NCBI GenBank assembly: GCA_035285545.1
Contig: JAYKGY010000005.1
Coordinates: forward strand, 1 to 62,540
DNA length: 62,540 bases
Source: Snowella sp.
Lineage (GTDB): Bacteria > Cyanobacteriota > Cyanobacteriia > Cyanobacteriales > Microcystaceae
Reading direction: 5' to 3'
In this document: positions 60,233 through 62,540 of the stretch, one piece after another
Numbering within the stretch: position 1 is the first letter of the stretch
How the letters are laid out: each line of letters starts with the position of its first letter
Made by a program: the position numbers and the translations under genes
Notes under the pieces: model-generated
The model's database searches: none
Seen by the model: only the letters and a program-made list of their open reading frames with translations
Told to the model about the DNA's origin: nothing

Positions 60233-61924
60233 ATGAAGAAGTTATCAGAAATTGATCCTGCAAAGGAACTTCATTCGCTGATTAGGAGTGAAGAGAAACG
60301 TATTCTTGAGAGCTTTCCATTAGAACGCCGCCTTGGATTAATGGAAATTTCGAGATCTATGGATCTTTTTTGGATAAATATTGATGCGGGAATTGTTGAA
60401 TATTCTGAGCAAGTTAGGCAATTATCACAACTGATTACGTTTGGACTCAATAAGGCAGTCCATTTATTTTTGGATGGTTCATGTAGTTTTCCAAGTTTTC
60501 CTCTTGCAATGTCAAGTAAAGAATCTAAAGACTGGGCTGATTCAGTGCTAATACATTGTGGACGCTTAGGTTTATGCGAGTATTTTTTAGAAACTAATCG
60601 GATCGGATTAAGCAAACTCAAGAAAGAATCGGATTATATTTATCGCTTTCAATTTTCCGATACCGAACCGATAGGATTAGAGTCTTTTGAAAAAGATGAT
60701 TTTAATTGGAGAATTGAATTTATTGCCAAAAATCAGGAAAATAAGTTAAAAGAACTAGAAGAAAGACAACGTGAAATTTGGAATATTATGTCAAATTTAG
60801 TAAATACTTGGCAAGATAATTTCATTCAGTATGAAGCACATCCAGAAGTTGATCAGTTTTATAAAGAATATGGAATACTACGTTCCGAAAGAATGTTTGG
60901 TCAAGATGAGTTTCCATCAGATGCAAAATTTGGTGGATATGACTTTAGTTTGTATAGAGCAACAGTTGAAACACTAACGGGATGGGGACTCAAACACGCA
61001 AGTTTTTGTACACAATTACTTAAAAAGTCTCCATCTATTGATTTTGCAAATATAATTACAGTTCCACAACATTTTGAGAATAAAATATTGTTTTTAACTT
61101 ATGTTTTAGATATAGATTTTGATACTGCAAGGCATTTATTAGAAATTTTAACTCTTACTTATGAAAGTAAAAATGTCCACTGTTCAGCAGGAATTTTTAT
61201 CGCGCCTGCTTTTATTAAAGTTGGTCAAGGAAGAGTTCTTTCTCCTGTTTGGGGATGTACCAGTCATCCATTCCTTTTTATGCTTAACGAACTTAAGAGA
61301 AAATATAGATTCGATTGGGATATGGCTGTTAATCAGAGAGAAAATATTTTTAGAAATGACATCTATGCGCTATTTAAAGAGTCTAGATTTTTAAAGTTAG
61401 ATGCGAATGTAAAAATAAAAATTGGTGGCTTAATTTTAACCTATATTGATGCTCTAATTTTTGATAGGGCGACAGGAATTGTAGGAATATTTCAGTTAAA
61501 GTGGCAGGATATTTTTGGAAATTCTATGCGAGAGCGAGAAAGCAGAAAGAGAAATTTTCAAAAAACCAGCAATCAATGGGTTGATCGTGTTAATCACTGG
61601 TTAGCTGTAAACAGTATTTCCGAAATCTGTAAAATGTGTGGATTTGATAAGCAGGATATAGAAAGGGCAAATGAATTTCGGGTATTTGTTATTGGACGAA
61701 ATGCTTCTCATTTTTCTGCCGTTGGAACCCTGGATTCAAGAGCCGCTTGGGGAAATTGGTATCAGCTATTGAGGCTTTTTACTGAAAACATTACCTTGAC
61801 AAATCCTCTTGCTGAATTACATACACTAATGATTGAAACTTCTCCTTTAAAGAAGGAATTTCTAAGACCTCCTAAAGAAGAAATTAAAATAAGAGATGCA
61901 ACTATTATCATAGAAAGTGCATGA
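60233..61924 (+). CDS. Hypothetical 563-aa protein with possible C-terminal PD-(D/E)xK nuclease domain
   Basis: Long intact AT-rich ORF with no HIP1; motif YIDALIFD-x8-FQLKW. Confidence 0.55.
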   Translation: MKKLSEIDPAKELHSLIRSEEKRILESFPLERRLGLMEISRSMDLFWINIDAGIVEYSEQVRQLSQLITFGLNKAVHLFLDGSCSFPSFPLAMSSKESKDWADSVLIHCGRLGLCEYFLETNRIGLSKLKKESDYIYRFQFSDTEPIGLESFEKDDFNWRIEFIAKNQENKLKELEERQREIWNIMSNLVNTWQDNFIQYEAHPEVDQFYKEYGILRSERMFGQDEFPSDAKFGGYDFSLYRATVETLTGWGLKHASFCTQLLKKSPSIDFANIITVPQHFENKILFLTYVLDIDFDTARHLLEILTLTYESKNVHCSAGIFIAPAFIKVGQGRVLSPVWGCTSHPFLFMLNELKRKYRFDWDMAVNQRENIFRNDIYALFKESRFLKLDANVKIKIGGLILTYIDALIFDRATGIVGIFQLKWQDIFGNSMRERESRKRNFQKTSNQWVDRVNHWLAVNSISEICKMCGFDKQDIERANEFRVFVIGRNASHFSAVGTLDSRAAWGNWYQLLRLFTENITLTNPLAELHTLMIETSPLKKEFLRPPKEEIKIRDATIIIESA

Positions 61925-62003
61925 ACGAGATCACTAATTTTTTCTGATAAAAATTCTAAAGTACGATGAAGTTGCGATGCAATTAATTAAGCCTTATTTT
62001 TAT

Positions 62004-62033
62004 AAAAAAGAGACAAGGAAAACTCCCTGCCTC
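62004..62033 (-). terminator. Rho-independent terminator of htpG
   Basis: Minus strand GAGGCAGGGA-GTTT-TCCTTGTCTC followed by T6. Confidence 0.7.
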
Positions 62034-62056
62034 AATGACATCAGCAAATTTAAAAA

Positions 62057-62540
62057 TTAGTGTTTAGTCAAACGAGTTAGAACAGAATTCGAGCGTTCAA
62101 TAAAGCCCTTCATGCCTTCTGCATCAAACCCTTTTTGAGCCATCACCGCCAAATCATAAACATATTGACAAAGATTTTTAGCCAATTCTCCCGAAGGTGA
62201 ATCCCCACCACTCGTTTGCACAATACTGCTTTGATTGAGTTCCATTATATTCTGAATGAGAGGATGATTCGTATTGATCATCAAAATATGTTGCTCAGGG
62301 AAAGCCATACTTTGTTGAGTCATCATCGCCGTCATTTCCTGCATACGACGCATCGCTTCAGGTAACAGAATCATCGCAGGAGGAGTTCCCTGGGGATTAT
62401 CGGATTTCAGAGCCTCGGTGCGAATGTTGACCCCTGGTTTATTGAGGGCTTTCTCGAATAATTCCTTGATTTGTTCACTACGGGTTTTATTCGTCGTGGG
62501 ATCAATAATTTCGCTGGCTTTGTCTTCCTGTAAAAGATTT
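62057..62540 (-). CDS. htpG: Molecular chaperone HtpG (Hsp90), C-terminal part; gene continues past the window edge
   Basis: Frame open to the edge: ..IRTEALKS..TPPAMILLPEAMRRMQEM..INTNHPLI..YDLA..FIERSN. Confidence 0.88.
   Translation of the reverse strand, partial: NLLQEDKASEIIDPTTNKTRSEQIKELFEKALNKPGVNIRTEALKSDNPQGTPPAMILLPEAMRRMQEMTAMMTQQSMAFPEQHILMINTNHPLIQNIMELNQSSIVQTSGGDSPSGELAKNLCQYVYDLAVMAQKGFDAEGMKGFIERSNSVLTRLTKH

Noticed and set aside
1575..61394. The many other 60-130-aa ORFs nested in or antisense to long genes
   Set aside because: They lie within well-supported CDSs and lack family motifs; expected by chance.
60233..61924. The missing ZorD or ZorE of the Zorya-like locus
   Set aside because: No helicase Walker A/DExH motifs or HNH motif, and it lies more than 50 kb away.

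Overview
Cyanobacterial chromosomal DNA, probably from a unicellular Chroococcales-type organism. Evidence: abundant HIP1 octamer GCGATCGC, plus psbU, ntcA, acsF, psb34 and an hli gene. Most of the window is ordinary core genome (acsF, glyA, glyS, menB, ntcA, trpB, guaA, nth, rseP, aroH, lpxD, aroC, 3' end of htpG, tRNA-Arg(CCG), tRNA-Pro(CGG), two multi-PAS histidine kinases). The best candidate for a new system is an AT-rich, HIP1-free four-gene operon at 4513-9268. It encodes Zorya-like ZorA, ZorB and an EH-signature ZorC, has no recognisable ZorD/E/F/G, and instead has a 113-aa unknown gene coupled to zorA. Other accessory features: a HigB-like toxin whose partner looks like a HigA N-terminus fused to two RHH-like modules; a small island before htpG (43-aa ORF, DUF6883/DUF4926-like pair, a HIP1-rich element with 13-bp inverted ends, a 563-aa putative PD-(D/E)xK nuclease); a CBM2/Calx-beta GH18 chitinase; a divergent amidase; two copies of a MITE-like element; and two candidate structured RNAs. 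No CRISPR array, rRNA, integrase or transposase was seen. All family assignments are by-eye motif recognition, not database searches.
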